Shown here: piece after piece, positions 16,471 to 34,951 of the stretch
Layout: every line of letters starts with the position of its first letter
Position numbering within the stretch: position 1 is the stretch's first letter
Made by a program: the position numbers and the translations under genes
Assembly (NCBI RefSeq): GCF_009914755.1
Contig: NC_060943.1
Length of the DNA: 64,000 nucleotides
Source of the DNA: the human T2T-CHM13v2.0 reference genome, Homo sapiens
Reading direction: 5' to 3' (one strand)
Notes under the pieces: generated by a model
Database searches by the model: none
Told to the model about the DNA's origin: nothing
The model's input: only the letters and a program-made list of their open reading frames with translations

Positions 16471-17315
16471 TTCCTCCCTTGCAGTGCACTTTCACTCTCA
16501 CTTTCACTCACAGGTCCACCAGACCAGGTCCTATTATGAGAGTTTTGGATGCTGCTTAGTCAGGAACATGCCTTCCCCTGTCACAGCCTGCTGCAGCTGC
16601 GAAGCTGGTCCTTTCAGCCGTATGCAGCATCCTAGGTCTGATGTCCCCTGCACTCATGTCAGAGCACACAGCCCATGCTAAGGGATCTCTGCCTCCCCAT
16701 GTCACTCCCCGCACTGGCCTCTCCTGAGACCATCTCTTTCACACACTTTCACACACCTCCCCTGCCCCAAGATTCCTCATTGGATGAAACTAGCCTGTCT
16801 CATGTCCTGGGTGAGCCTCTCTCATGTCCTGGGTATGTTCACGTGCACCCTCACCACTCCCAGTTGGGGTGGCAAGCCACTCTTGCCACCCTGCCAGCAA
16901 GCTCTACCTTGCTGCACTTGCTGCTCTATTGGCCCATTTCCTCATTTTTTTCCAGTTCCAGTGTTAGTGTGGACTTGAGGTGCATCCAAATTGGCAAGCC
17001 ACTCCTGATGCCCCCAGCCACTCTGGGTTGGATTAGTGTTCATTCTCCGGGAGGTGATCAAGCTCCCCTTCATCCTCATGGGATGGGCTTTGCTGCCTTG
17101 GGCACTTGCTCTTTACTGCAGTTCCTGAAGTGCTGGTATCATCCTGCAGCCCCATTCCCAGTTCCATTGCACTGCCAGGCAGGGTGTCAGAATATGGGGA
17201 GAGCTGGTTTCTATCCAGTTGAAGCTCCCCTGTGGTGTGCCTTGGATGCTGGGTCTCTCCTAGCCCCAGAGCTCTAGTCTCACAGGCAAAGGAGACAGTA
17301 AATCTGTCATCTCCA

Positions 17316-17340
17316 ATCCCAGGCAAGCCCCCCACCCCCA
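17316..17340 (-). promoter_or_regulatory. Primer-binding site, tRNA-Pro-like (degenerate)
   Basis: Minus strand reads TGGGGG-TGGGGGGCTTGCCTGGGAT versus Pro PBS TGGGGGCTCGTCCGGGAT, 5 nt after the 5' LTR. Confidence 0.7.
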
Positions 17341-17345
17341 AGAAA

Positions 17346-17834
17346 TGTAGTGGGATTTTTAAGGAATCAGAGAGACCATTGGGGTTCAGGAGGATATTCA
17401 TTAATTATTTAGGTGCACCAGCCGTCGGATTAACATCCAAAGGACTGAGCCCTGAACAAAGAGTTAAGTTACCTTTTAAGCATTTAGTGGGGTTGGGGGA
17501 GATCTCTGCAGAGGGAAGCATACTACAGAAGTGAGAAACAAAGCCAGTTATTCAATTGAGGTATGCATTACATCATTTCTTACTTTTCAAGGAGAAACAT
17601 GTTTTGCGACTTGAGTTTGTCTGTCTAGTGACCTTGCAGCTGCACAGCAAGGGAATCAGGGTCTTCACAATGCTTGGGAAAGGAGGAGAGATAAGGCTCA
17701 CTAACCACTGAAAAACAGGCAGTTAATTTTTAAAGGACTCCAGCTCTTTCTGTTTCTCAGGAGGAATTGGGTTTTCTTACATACAACTGAGTTTCTGCTT
17801 ACACACTCTTTAATTTCTTTTAATTCCTGTTCCA
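17346..17834 (-). repeat. 5' LTR of provirus
   Basis: TG...CA termini on the minus strand; direct repeat of 8184-8672; followed by the PBS. Confidence 0.95.
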
Positions 17835-18058
17835 AAAACAGGGGGAGTGCCCAGGTTGTTCACACTCTTCCATCACTGCATGCTGGGTTCCTGGTATATG
17901 CATTGTGTAAACATTCATCAAGCTGTTCTTTTATAATGTATGGATATTTTGTGTGAAATTAAAAACATACCTTTTTGATTTTTTATTTATCCTTTTTTAT
18001 TTCTTCTTCAGTCACTTTTTGACACATACTTTTCTGGAAAAATGATAATTTTATCTAA

Positions 18059-18405
<347 letters not shown>

Positions 18406-19371
18406 TTAATATAGAAGGTATCTAAAATAAACTACAGCAAATGTGCATGATAAACTATTGAGATCATAAACATTATAAGGATGCTACTGTCAAGATTTTT
18501 ATTAAACATTGGATTTATGGTCCCAGCCAATGCATTAAAATGAGATCAGTTTTACAACTATACTTTAAAGTATAACAAGTCAATAAGCTAGTACCTAAAC
18601 AATTGGTTCTACCTGGATAGATTGGATTCCCACACAGCAACTGACACGACAATTTTTCACATAGATTCAGAATTTAAAACTTTTAGGAGAAAATACAAGA
18701 TAATATTGTTGTGATAACTGTGGGTGTAAAACAATTTCTTAAACATGGCACAATATAAAAACTTGCATAAACATATTTATAAATTAGATGAAATTTTAAA
18801 AACTTTTGATTATCAAGAACTTAGAAAAACATGTTTGAATAAAGATGGTGGAAAGGCAAATCATAACCAAGAAAAAATATGTAAAAAACACATATTACAA
18901 AAATTAGTATTTAGAAAATATGCACTACAGAATATGTATTAATATACAAAGAAATGAAATACATTAAAAATGGACAGATGGCACATCTTAAAACACATAT
19001 GACCAATTAACCTCTGAAAAATACCAATTTATTTAGTGACTATGGAAATGCTAATTAAAACTCTAAATGATATACTTTTCTGAGTCTCCATTTTGTCAAA
19101 AAATATGTCTAGTAATTCCAAGAGTTGATAAAAATAAAGTAATTGGAATTCACAAATAACCACTGGCAGTAGAATTCGTTTATAAATTGATGTATATTCA
19201 CACTGCGGCAGTAAAAATGGGCAACTATAGCTATGCAAAGCAACATGGAAAAATAGAAACAATTGTAAATAAAAAAGCAAGTCACAGATGAAAACTTGTA
19301 GAATTGATCTAAAGTCAAAAAACAAGCAACACTGAAACGTATATTGTTTATAGATAAAATTGCATAAAGTA

Positions 19372-19706
<335 letters not shown>

Positions 19707-19713
19707 CTAGGAG

Positions 19714-20029
<316 letters not shown>

Positions 20030-20594
20030 AGGTTAGGAGGTTTATAGGAAAATTCAGAGGTATCCACTTCTCAGGAATGCGTGATGATTTTATGAAGTTA
20101 CACTGAAAGTTTCATGAGAGTAGACACCAATACTTTCTTTTCTATTTTATTTTCTAAGGCTGCCAAAAGGATAGCATATTGTGTGTGGTCAACACACATT
20201 TATCAGTTAAAAGAATGAATACATACATATTCTTTGTAAAATGTGAAACTATGCAAATCAAGATTTTATTATTTTTATTTCCTATAGTTAACAGAATCAA
20301 ATAGAAAATAATAAAGTATAAAATTCAGAAAGCACTATTGAAAGTTTAATGTTAACCTAGCACTTGCAGGTAAAAATATAGCAAAATTTTTAGTTTCCAC
20401 ATTTGCGACCATTATAATTACATCAAAATTGCCCCATGAGGAAAGAACATGAAATCTGACTTCAGTAGAGCACAATTTAAGAGGAAAAAGCTGAAATAAA
20501 AAGAAAAAGAAAAGAAAAATATAAAAATTTGATTGGGTCAAATCTCTAAGTTATTCTCCATACTTTTTTTTTTTTTTAGAAAATAATTTTTACC

Positions 20595-21790
20595 TCTGCT
20601 TGTGCAGAGTGAGGCTGGCTGGTGGAACCTAGGCCCCTCTGTCCCCCTCAGGTGGCAGTGGCTGATCTCTGGTCAGGCATGAGGGGTGCCTCCATGTATG
20701 AGTTCAGTCAGGGTGTGGAAAAAATTATAGAGAAAGATGCAAACCTTCTTGGAAGGCCAGGAGGTTTTTGCAAATCTTCAGGAAGGAATGAGCCAAAGGT
20801 GGCTGTTCTTTCCCAGCGGTAATTAGACAGATGTAGATACAAAGGAATGTAGGGGAGCTTATCTAAAGACCTTGTTTGCTCATGTTGTCCTAAGACCGAC
20901 CTTTGATCATTTGTGGGCAGAACTGCTCTCTACTGGGGGATTGACAATGTTAATTACCCACTAATGGTGTTTACTCGAGACTTTTGTCATTTAATCTGTA
21001 ATAAATACTTGTAAACTTCACCGGCTTATGGAGGTGGGTGCTGCTCATTCTGTTAGCATAGCCTCTTAGCTGCAGTGACAGGCAAAATATCTGTGTCAGT
21101 GTACATCTTTCATCCATCACTGTGTCAGGGTCTGTGGGTCAGACCTGGCACTGCCATGCACTGGGCCTGAGGCTGCCCAGCCCAGCTGCTCCTCATTCCC
21201 CTGGACTCTTCCATGGTATCTCCAAGCCCCTGCATCATCCTATCTGTGTCTCTGATGAAAGGTGAGGTGGCAGCACAAAGATGATGGGGAAACTGCCCCA
21301 CATGCCGAGGAAAGCTTGCCCAGCTGCACGAAATGCTCTGGTTGATGGGTTTCTGCGCACCAAGCTGAACCATGACCAAGGGTTAGAGTGGAGGCGTACC
21401 AGGGTGAGGGTGCTTTGGCTGCTGCAGGAGCTTCCCTGCTGGCAGGAGGCAGCAATAGCCATGGTCACTGAAAACAAGGCTCTGCTGATAAATCTCAGAC
21501 ACCAGGATCAGAAGAAACCAGAGAAACTGCTGGAGAGCTTGAGCCAAATGGACAGACTGTTGGAGCAGCTGAGGGTGAAGCTGCATGAACATCACCAAGG
21601 ATAGAAATGGAAATGATGAAGGAGTCTGGGAAATAAATGATAGAAGATAAAATACAGCCGTGAACATGGTAAGGTGATGACGATTCTGGTCCATTGGATC
21701 CCACCATCTCCAAGGCAGTAAATCTCATCACAGTCACCACCCAGCAAGTTGCCACCACAGCATTTTCTGTTTGTTCCTAAATAAATAAAG
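20595..21790 (+). other. Unidentified GC-richer gene-like segment (possible old retrocopy) split by an LTR22
   Basis: GC-rich, TG/CA-rich island within AT-rich DNA; 107-aa ORF at 21281-21604; AATAAA near 21780; parent gene not recognised. Confidence 0.35.
20695..21150 (+). mobile_element. LTR22-like (HML-5) solo LTR
   Basis: TGTATGAGTTCAGTCAGGG...GATGCAAACCTTCTTGGAAGGCC...GGGTCAGACCTGGCA; imperfect 6-bp TSD cctcca / ctgcca. Confidence 0.8.
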
Positions 21791-22205
21791 GTGATTCTCA
21801 TCACAAGGGCAAATACAAATAGTGGTCTATTATGTTTTTAACTAAACTGTAGGGGTTTCATTTACTTTTTCTAAGTTCTCATAATTTTGAAAATGCGGTT
21901 GTCATATATATGGCTTAAGAAGTTTTTGATAGGCTAACGTTACTTGAATTGTTCAAAAACCACAATATTTTAAATTAAGAAGAATAAACAATGTATTTGT
22001 TTTATATATTTAAAGCTTAGAGTCACAAATAATGCTCCTGTTTATGATTTGAAAACTTTAAAGTTTGGTTTTCCATCTGCACGTACAGAAAACATTGTAT
22101 CACACCAAAACATGTGTTTTTTAAAGTGGCAGTCATAATTCCTGTCTGTCTGGATATATTTTGGACTTTTCTATGTTAAGCATAACATAAGAAAGAAATT
22201 TCATT

Positions 22206-22507
22206 AGCCGCGCATGTAGGCTTACGCCTGTAATCTCAGCACTTTGGGAGGCTGCAGCAGGTGCATTGTCTGAGGTCAGGAGTTTGAGACCAGCCTGGCC
22301 ATCATAATGAAATCCTGTCTCTACTAAAAATACAAAAAATTAGCTGGACATGGTGGCAGCACCTGTAATCCCAGCTACTCAGGAGGGTGAGTCAGGAGAA
22401 TCGCTTGAACCCGGGAGGCGTAAGTTGCAGTGAGCCAAGATCGTGCCATTGCGCTCGAGCCTGGGCAACAAGAACAAAACTCCATCTCAAAAAAGAAAAA
22501 GAAAAAA
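22206..22507 (+). mobile_element. Alu
   Basis: Alu consensus; TSD-like atttcatt. Confidence 0.95.
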
Positions 22508-22613
22508 GAATTTCATTTTGTTTTAGGTAATCTAAGATTGTTGTACACAAAAAACTTTATATATTATGGTAGGGTTCAGGAAACTATGTATATAACCTAA
22601 CATTAATATCACT

Positions 22614-24195
22614 TTTTTTTATTTTTTTTATTTTTTCATTTTTCTTAGTATTTATCGATCATTCTTGGGTGTTTCTCGCAGAGGGGGATTTGGCAGGGTC
22701 ATAGGACAATAGTGGAGGGAAGGTCAGCAGATAAACATGTGACCAAGGGTCTCTGGTTTTCCTAGACAGAGGACCCTGCGGCCTTCCACAGTGTTTGTGT
22801 CCCCGGGTAGTTGAGATTAGGGAGTGGTGATGACTCTTAAGGAGCATGCTGCCTTCAAGCATCTGTTTAACAAAGCACATCTTGCACCGCCCTTAATCCA
22901 TTTAACCCTGAGTGGACACAGCACATGTTTCAGAGAGCACGGGGTTGGGGGTAAGGTTATAGATTAACAGCATCCGAAGGCAGAAGAATTTTTCTTAGTA
23001 CAGAACAAAATGGAGTCTCCCATGTCTACTTCTTTCTACACAGACACAGTAACAATCTGATCTCTTTTCCCCACATTTCCCCCTTTTCTATTAGACAAAA
23101 CCGCCATAGTCTTCATGGCCCGTTCTCAATGAGCTGTTGGGAACACCTCCCAGACAGGGTGGTGGCCAGGCAGAGGGGCTCCTCACTTCCCAGACGGGGT
23201 GGCTGGGCAGAGGCGCCCCCCACCTCCCAGAGGGGGCAGTGGCTGGGCGGAGGCGCCCCCCACCTCCCTCCCGGATGGGGCAGCTGGCCGGGCGGGGGCT
23301 GCCCCCCACCTCCTGGACAGGGCGGCTGCCGGGCGGAGGGGCTCCTCACTTCTCAGATGGGGCGGCTGCCGGGCGGAGGGGCTCCTCACTTCCCAGATGG
23401 GGCGGCTGCCAGGCGGAGGGGCTCCTCACTTCTCAGACGGGGCAGCCGGGCAGAGACGATCCTCACCTCCCAGATGGGGTGGCAGTCGGGCAGAGACACT
23501 CCTCAGTTCCCAGATGGGGTCGCGGTCAGGCAGAGGCGCTCCTCACATCCCAGACGGGGCGGTGGGGCAGAGGCGCTCCCCACATCTCAGACGATGGGCG
23601 GCCGGGCAGAGACACTCCTCACTTCCTAGACGGGATGGCGGCCGGGAAGAGGCGCTCCTCACTTCCCAGACTGGGCGGCCGGTCAGAGGGGCTCCTCACA
23701 TCCCAGACGATGGGTGGCCAGGCAGAGATGCTCCTCACTTCCCAGAAGGGGTGGCGGCCGGGCAGAGGCTGCAATCTCAGCACATTGGGAGGCCAAGGCA
23801 GGCGGCTGGGAGGTGGAGGTTGTAGCGAGCCGAGATCACGCCACTGCACTCCAGCCTGGGCAACATTGAGCACTGAGGGAGTGAGACTCCGTCTGCAATC
23901 CCGGCACCTCGGGAGGCCGAGGCAGGCAGATCACTCGCGGTCAGGAGCTGGAGACCAGCCCGGCCAACACAGCGAAACCCCATCTCCACCAAAAAATGCA
24001 AAAACCAGTCAGGCGTGGCGGCGCGCGCCTGCAATCCCAGGCACTCGGCAGGCTGAGGCAGGAGAATCAGGCAGGGAAGTTGCAGTGAGCCGAGATGGCG
24101 GCAGTACAGTCCAGCCTCGGCTTTCACAACTTTGGTGGCATCAGAGGGAGACCGGGGAGAGGGAGACAAGGGAGAGGGAGACGAGGGAGAGGGAC
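22614..24195 (-). mobile_element. Full-length SVA retrotransposon (older A/B-like, short VNTR)
   Basis: Poly(T); SINE-R (~22640-23140); VNTR (~23145-23765); Alu-like domain; (AGAGGG)n hexamer; TSD taatatcact at 22604-22613 and 24196-24205. Confidence 0.97.
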
Positions 24196-25618
24196 TAATA
24201 TCACTATTTTCTGATGTCTAAATTTTTTTAGAACTTTTTTATTTTTACAAATGTCTCCACAAATTCTAGGATATTTTATAAAATAGCAGAATACTAAAGA
24301 AATGGGTGGTTTGCCATACTATATGAATACTGGTATTCAATTAAAATAACAATATTTTCATCAAAATTTAGACAGTAGATTTAAATTTCTTGATTTTTCA
24401 CTACAGTGATAGACATTCATAAATATTTCAGAAATCAGAGCTGTATTAGGTTTTACTTAGTAGTAATATGTATAAAAGATCAAGAATCTGTTCAAAATAG
24501 ATATTTCTCATCAATAATTTGATGCTTTCAAATACCCAGAAGTTTTGTTTTAATCAGATGAAGTCTGAGGATAGTTTACTAGTTTTATTTTTTGTATGAT
24601 GTGTTCACAATTTTCTAATTTAACCTAATATTGATAATGGTATACAAATCAACTTTTTTTTTCAAATCTCGTAAGTCTATTTATTATGTTGTTGAAGATA
24701 TTTTTAGTTAACATTCCTTCTTTCAGTATTTTTTACAGGAATTTACATCTAGTCAAATTTGCTTAACCTGTTAATCAGTGTCAGGTGCCAGATTCCAATT
24801 CATTTTTAGTGTGCCTGTACTTTTCTTTCTATAACCTCTGAACTAAATTTATATTACTTAATTAAATGTGATATAATACAACTCACATATTTAAAACAAA
24901 ACCACCAGGTAAAATGAATTCTGGCTTAGTATAAAGAAGCTGTTACCAAATTAGTGTCACATATACAGATGGATGTGGCTCAACAAAATTTTACACAAAA
25001 ATATTTGGATTGAACTACATGTGTTGCCATGACTTAGCCTCTAATGACCTTATAAATAAAGACAAATTAATACACATTTATTCATTTTCTTTCATTGTGT
25101 CTAAAGGTAGCATGTCAGGAAATCTCATGCTACTGTCTGAAAAAACACATTCTACTGTTACCTAAGAAATCAACTGGATGGCATTTTTATAACCTTGCAC
25201 CACATAAGGAAAAACTGCAATGTAGTCTGATAAATGCAGACTCCATCACATGGAAAAGGATAATCCAGAATGCCACTTTCAATACTTAAGTATTCAACCT
25301 TTTGGTTGAAAAATGTAGTAAAATAGAGCTCTTGGTAAGTTTTGTGTAGCTTAACATCAGCATAAATTAGGAAAAAATATCTTTTAAAATGTAAACAAAC
25401 AAAAACCTACACCAAAAACAAAAACATTCACCAATGCATACATATTGACTGACGCTCCAGGGACATAAAATAATTTTTCCTGGGTACACAGCTAGTGACC
25501 CAAATCAAGCTCAAATGTGAGATTTTAAAAATTTCATTTTCCCACTTTTGACAATATTGACATAACAGCGAAATCTTACTCTCAGAGTTGATAGTTGAAA
25601 ATAAACTAAGACAAGTAC

Positions 25619-26217
25619 TGTTGAGGGAGGCTAGGTAGCCAAGAAGGTCACCATGTCCTTGGGACATGCAGCAGGCATGGCGATTGCATAGTGACAGCAT
25701 ATTGGCAACACAATAAGCCCCAACATTTGCATTGTATTTCAGCTCACTGAAGCACAGCTCTCTTCAGTAGGGAAGAGAGTTCTTTACTCCCCTGTAAAGA
25801 ACATGCACATTTTGATTTTACTTGTCCTCTGACCTTTTACTCATTATAATAGTAAAAAACACACAAGTGAGTGGAGATTAAAGATGCTAATAAGATATGT
25901 GACACATAAGCATGTACAGCCACTGTGTATGTACACCAACAAGACCACTCAGAACATGCTAACTAATAACACCACTTTCCACCTCTTCATAAATAATGAT
26001 CTAAGACTCCCATAAATGGAGTCTCTCTAGTTCCAGTCTTTGCTGTCTCATTCTTATAAGCAGCCCACCCTGAATCCCTTCTCTCTTGGGGCTATTTTGC
26101 ACCTAAAATAGTATTTCAACTTTGCAATAAATCCCTCTGTGTTGCATCTTCATTGTTTTGTGTCTCTTGTTTAAATTTTTGAAACTAAGAACCAAGGTCT
26201 CACAACAGCCATCAACA
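25619..26217 (+). mobile_element. ERV1 (MER4-group) solo LTR
   Basis: TG...CA element of ~600 bp with AATAAA near the 3' end; resembles LTR36/MER50-type consensus; subfamily uncertain. Confidence 0.65.
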
Positions 26218-26361
26218 CTATCGTGCTTTGTTTTGTATTCTTCATTAACAGTATTTTTGGGAATATGTCAATATCTACATTTTAAACACAGCCCAAACTG
26301 CTAAATTAAAAATTTAAATGATTGTAAAAGCATGTATATTTTTCAAGTTTCAGCTTCATTA

Positions 26362-26739
<378 letters not shown>

Positions 26740-28169
26740 TTACATAATAATTTGAATTCACTTCCAAAATGATTTATATTCATTTATTGTTATGTTTACT
26801 TTTGACCAAATTTAGCTTTCCAAACTAAATAAAAACTGAAGCATGTTTTCAAAGTTTCAAGGAACTAAAGTTTACTGGCATCAAATTCTCTGTAGTAAAA
26901 TGAAAAAATAAAACCATCTTTTTATCAATAATATTTTATATCTGAGCACTTAAGCATCAAGGACAGGATTTTGGATGATGTTGAGTGAATATCTAAATTA
27001 ATGAAGTAGAAAATAATTATCAGAATAGAATAAGTGATGGATACAGAAACAGAGCACTTGACAAAACCATTCAGGGTATGTTTGACAAACAAGAAGATTG
27101 TATAGGACTTGCACTGCACTGCACTACTAATGTAAAGCGTTCTCTGTAACTTTAGTCTTTATTCTCAAGCTTACAACCACCACATACTCACATACACAGA
27201 ATAAATAAGATTAGCTCCTTTTCCTGGAAGGCAGTGATTCCTCTTTTATTCTATTACGTCTGTTCCATATTGCTGTGATAATGCTGTTGAAGTGCACCCT
27301 GTTACACCAGAAGATCACCTGTGTGAATGTGAATAGACTGACACTGGAGAGGACCAGCTCAGCAAACACATTTGAACTGCCTCTTTGCATTTCAGGCAGT
27401 TAAAAATGCCTTTGAAGAGTGAAAATAAAGTTACTGCTGATTAAGCAGAGAGTTTAACATGGAAAAAGGTTTTTCAATTGTTTAAAAATTACAATGCATG
27501 GACTACAACTTTTAAAATGTAAAATGCATCACATAATACTGCAAAAAAAAAAAAAAGAATAGAAATGATAGGGTTGGCCACAAAGGACAGCCAAAGCTGT
27601 ATTATAGCAATATAGAAAAATACATATATACTGCCAGAGGAAGGTAACTTGAAGTATTTGAGAAATGTACTCTAAAAATCTAAAATTGTTTTTAGTATTA
27701 GTTTCTATAAAAAATGTTCCTTAAGCATTTTGAATTTTTGAAAAAGTTAAATACATGCTTTGGCAGTTTAGCTTTTCTGAATAATTTGAATAGAATAGAA
27801 TAAATACATATCAAAATATTAATTTTTCTGGTAATGGATAACTTTCAGACTAAAAGAGTTAAACTTTACAAAATTGTATGCCGATCAATTTGATCAGAAG
27901 CCTCTTTCTTGGAACTGGAAGAGATGACACAAAGATGGTGCTTTCATGTTGGGTGGGAGAGAAATGGTTACCAGGGGCTACATCATAGTTGTTTCACTAA
28001 TCAACATTGATTTTCATTGCTATTTTGTCTAAATTATGGTAATAATTAATGGCCTCGATCCAAAAAATTTTCTTAAAACTTAAGTTGTCAATCAGCCATA
28101 ATATTAACCAAAAATGCATTAAAATGAAGGTATTTAAGTTATAATTTATATTTTCAAATTAAAATACTT

Positions 28170-29975
<1,806 letters not shown>

Positions 29976-30334
29976 AGTAAATTCAATACAAAGCAGAGAG
30001 TATACATTTGCTTTCAGCATTTTTGAGGCTTTTAGTTTTATACTAGTTACCTTGTTAAAATAATTTTTCCAATATTTCTTATGAAAATAAGTACAAACTT
30101 ATACTAACACAGACTTACTTACTCCATCATTTCCTTACACCTAAAGTTTATCTCTACAGTAATGTATATTTAACCCTCTGTATATCAAACCTAAAAGTCT
30201 GTATGTGTTTGCAGGCAGACAGGACACAAGTTCAAATATATATATGTTTAAAATTTTAAGATATGTACTCAGAACTCAGAAATGTATGTATTTAATTTAT
30301 ACTTGCATATGATTTCTATAATAACCATAAAAAT

Positions 30335-30770
30335 ATCCCAGTAGTCAATAATAATTTAATCGTACTTTATTTTTTATTTCTTTTTTTGCTTGAGATGGAG
30401 TCTTGCAGTGTCACCTGGGTTGGAGTGGAGTGGTGCAATCTCAGCTCACTGTAACCTCCACTTCCCAGGTTCCTGGCCATCTCAAACTCCTAATCTCAGG
30501 TGATCCATCCGCCAGGGCCTCCCAAAAGTGCTGGGATTACAGGCGTGAGCCACTGCACCCGGCCATAATTGTACATTTTAAAATAAGTAAAAGTGTACAA
30601 TTGGATTGTTTGTAATACAAAGGATAAATGCTAGAGGTGATGGATACCACATGTATCTCGATGTGAGTATTATGTATTGTATTTGTGTATCAAAATATGC
30701 CATATATGCCATAAGTATATACACTCATGTACCCACAGAAATTAAGAAAAACAAATTAAATGATTAAGAA
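30335..30770 (+). mobile_element. L1MA-type 3' end containing an internally deleted minus-strand Alu (30366-30564)
   Basis: ggataaatgctagaggtgatggatacc...tgtacccacag L1 3' terminus. Confidence 0.75.
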
Positions 30771-31529
30771 TAAAAATTTAACCTACAGGAACAATATTCT
30801 TTAACTTATTTGCAGTTTAAAGCCACTGGCAAAAGAGATGACTAAAGATGTTAGTCCATTATGTTACCAAATAGTATATTGTTAACATTTTTTACCTATA
30901 TTTTTGGGCAAAGTGGAAAAGGTTAATCTTTGTGGTAAAATAACACTTCATTGAATGCACAATAGTATTTAACATGTTAAAAATGTTGAAACGATTAACT
31001 TCACACATAATCTAAAATTTTTAAAATGTACTGCATTTTATCATATAAAAGTACAATTAGTACAATATATGAATAATATACTACTAGTTTTCTCATAATG
31101 CAAAGAATATCACTCTTAACACCTACCTCGTGCATCACTCAATAGTGTAAGTTAACCACAAAGAATCTCTCCACTTAGATTTTCATCATGCATCTTACAT
31201 TCTAATATCCTTACTTGTACATAGAAAAGATCATAAATAATGCCCACCTAATGAAAAAGAATCTCTCATACCTTTGATGCAGCAAGAAATGATCTTTCAC
31301 AAGTGAATAAGAATGAAGAAACAGCAGAAAATAATGACAGTTGAATTACATCATTTGCTTTCAAAAAATCTGTAATTTTTTCAAGAAATAAAGTATACTT
31401 TGAATGTAGTTATTACTCTGCAAAAAACTTTTACTCCTCTTAAAGTTATATACAAATAATTTTTATACCAACTTTAGTTTTAGATTATTTTCTATACTCA
31501 GAACTCTGATTTAGTATAACATCTGAAGT

Positions 31530-33770
<2,241 letters not shown>

Positions 33771-33932
33771 GATGAATTATTTCCTTTAACTAAAAAATAA
33801 ACACAAAATTTCAGAAAAGACACATTTGAAGAACATGTTTAAGAGACTCTCAGAATCTCTAACTCAGACAATTGTTCAAGGTATGCCAGGGGAAAGCCAC
33901 ATTATAAAGATTGGGACAGGTAGGTTTTTTTA

Positions 33933-34292
<360 letters not shown>

Positions 34293-34651
34293 TTAAAAAT
34301 AATATAAAATTTTCAGAAAGAAACAATAACAAATGTTTACATTAGTTTTAAAAATTGAAAATAAATTGAATAATACCCAATGAGTGAAAAAAGAACACAG
34401 AGAACTATAGGATATCAGAAAACTGGAAATAAGAATAAAAATACTTAAAATATTAGAAAAAAGAAATTATGGAGGTAAAAAATATATAAAGAATAACTGA
34501 AAAATCTTTAAAAAAAGACATAAAAATGAAGAAGCTCAACAAACAAACTAGGATACACACAAAGATATTTATATCAAACACATACGTAAGCACAATTTTA
34601 AAAGTCACAGAAAAGGGAATCTTGGGAGCTGCAAGATAAAAGTGATGTGTT

Positions 34652-34951
34652 GGCTGGGCATGGCAGCTCTCACCTGTAATCCCAGCACTTTGAGAGACCG
34701 AAGCAGGCAGATCACCTGAGGTCAGGAGTTCAAGACCAGCCTGTTCAACATGGAGAAACCTGTCTCTACTAAAAATACAAACTTAGCCGGGCGTAGTGGC
34801 ACATGCCTGTAATAGCAGCTACTCGGGAGGCTGAGGCAGGAGAATCGCTTGAACCAAGGCGGCAGAAGTTGCAGTGAGCTGAGATCACAAAATTGCAATC
34901 AGCCTGGGCAAACAAGAGCAAAACTCCGTCTCAAAAAAAAAAAAAAAAAAA
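34652..34951 (+). mobile_element. Alu
   Basis: Alu consensus; TSD gtgatgtgtt. Confidence 0.95.

Larger units (their letters stand above)
8184..17834 (-). mobile_element. Structurally complete, coding-defective class I ERV provirus (ERV3-related HERVERI group, HERV1-like)
   Basis: Two ~489-bp direct LTRs; 4-bp TSD AAAA (8180-8183 / 17835-17838); tRNA-Pro-like PBS; polypurine tract; gag-pro-pol-env remnants in order; flanks look like a split ancient L1 3' end. Confidence 0.93.

Noticed and set aside
16675-17277. 200-aa plus-strand ORF
   Set aside because: Antisense to the provirus leader, low complexity, no recognisable domain
21292-21315. CPTCRG as evidence of a SIAH retrocopy
   Set aside because: The flanking residues do not match SIAH; the motif alone is too short
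23091-24198. Long GC-rich ORFs (353, 208 and 166 aa)
   Set aside because: Stop-poor SVA VNTR and Alu-like sequence, mostly antisense to the element; not genes
25467-25478. aaaataattttt matching ~20580-20591 as the TSD of a 5-kb retrocopy
   Set aside because: AT-rich 12-mer with no adjacent poly(A); likely chance
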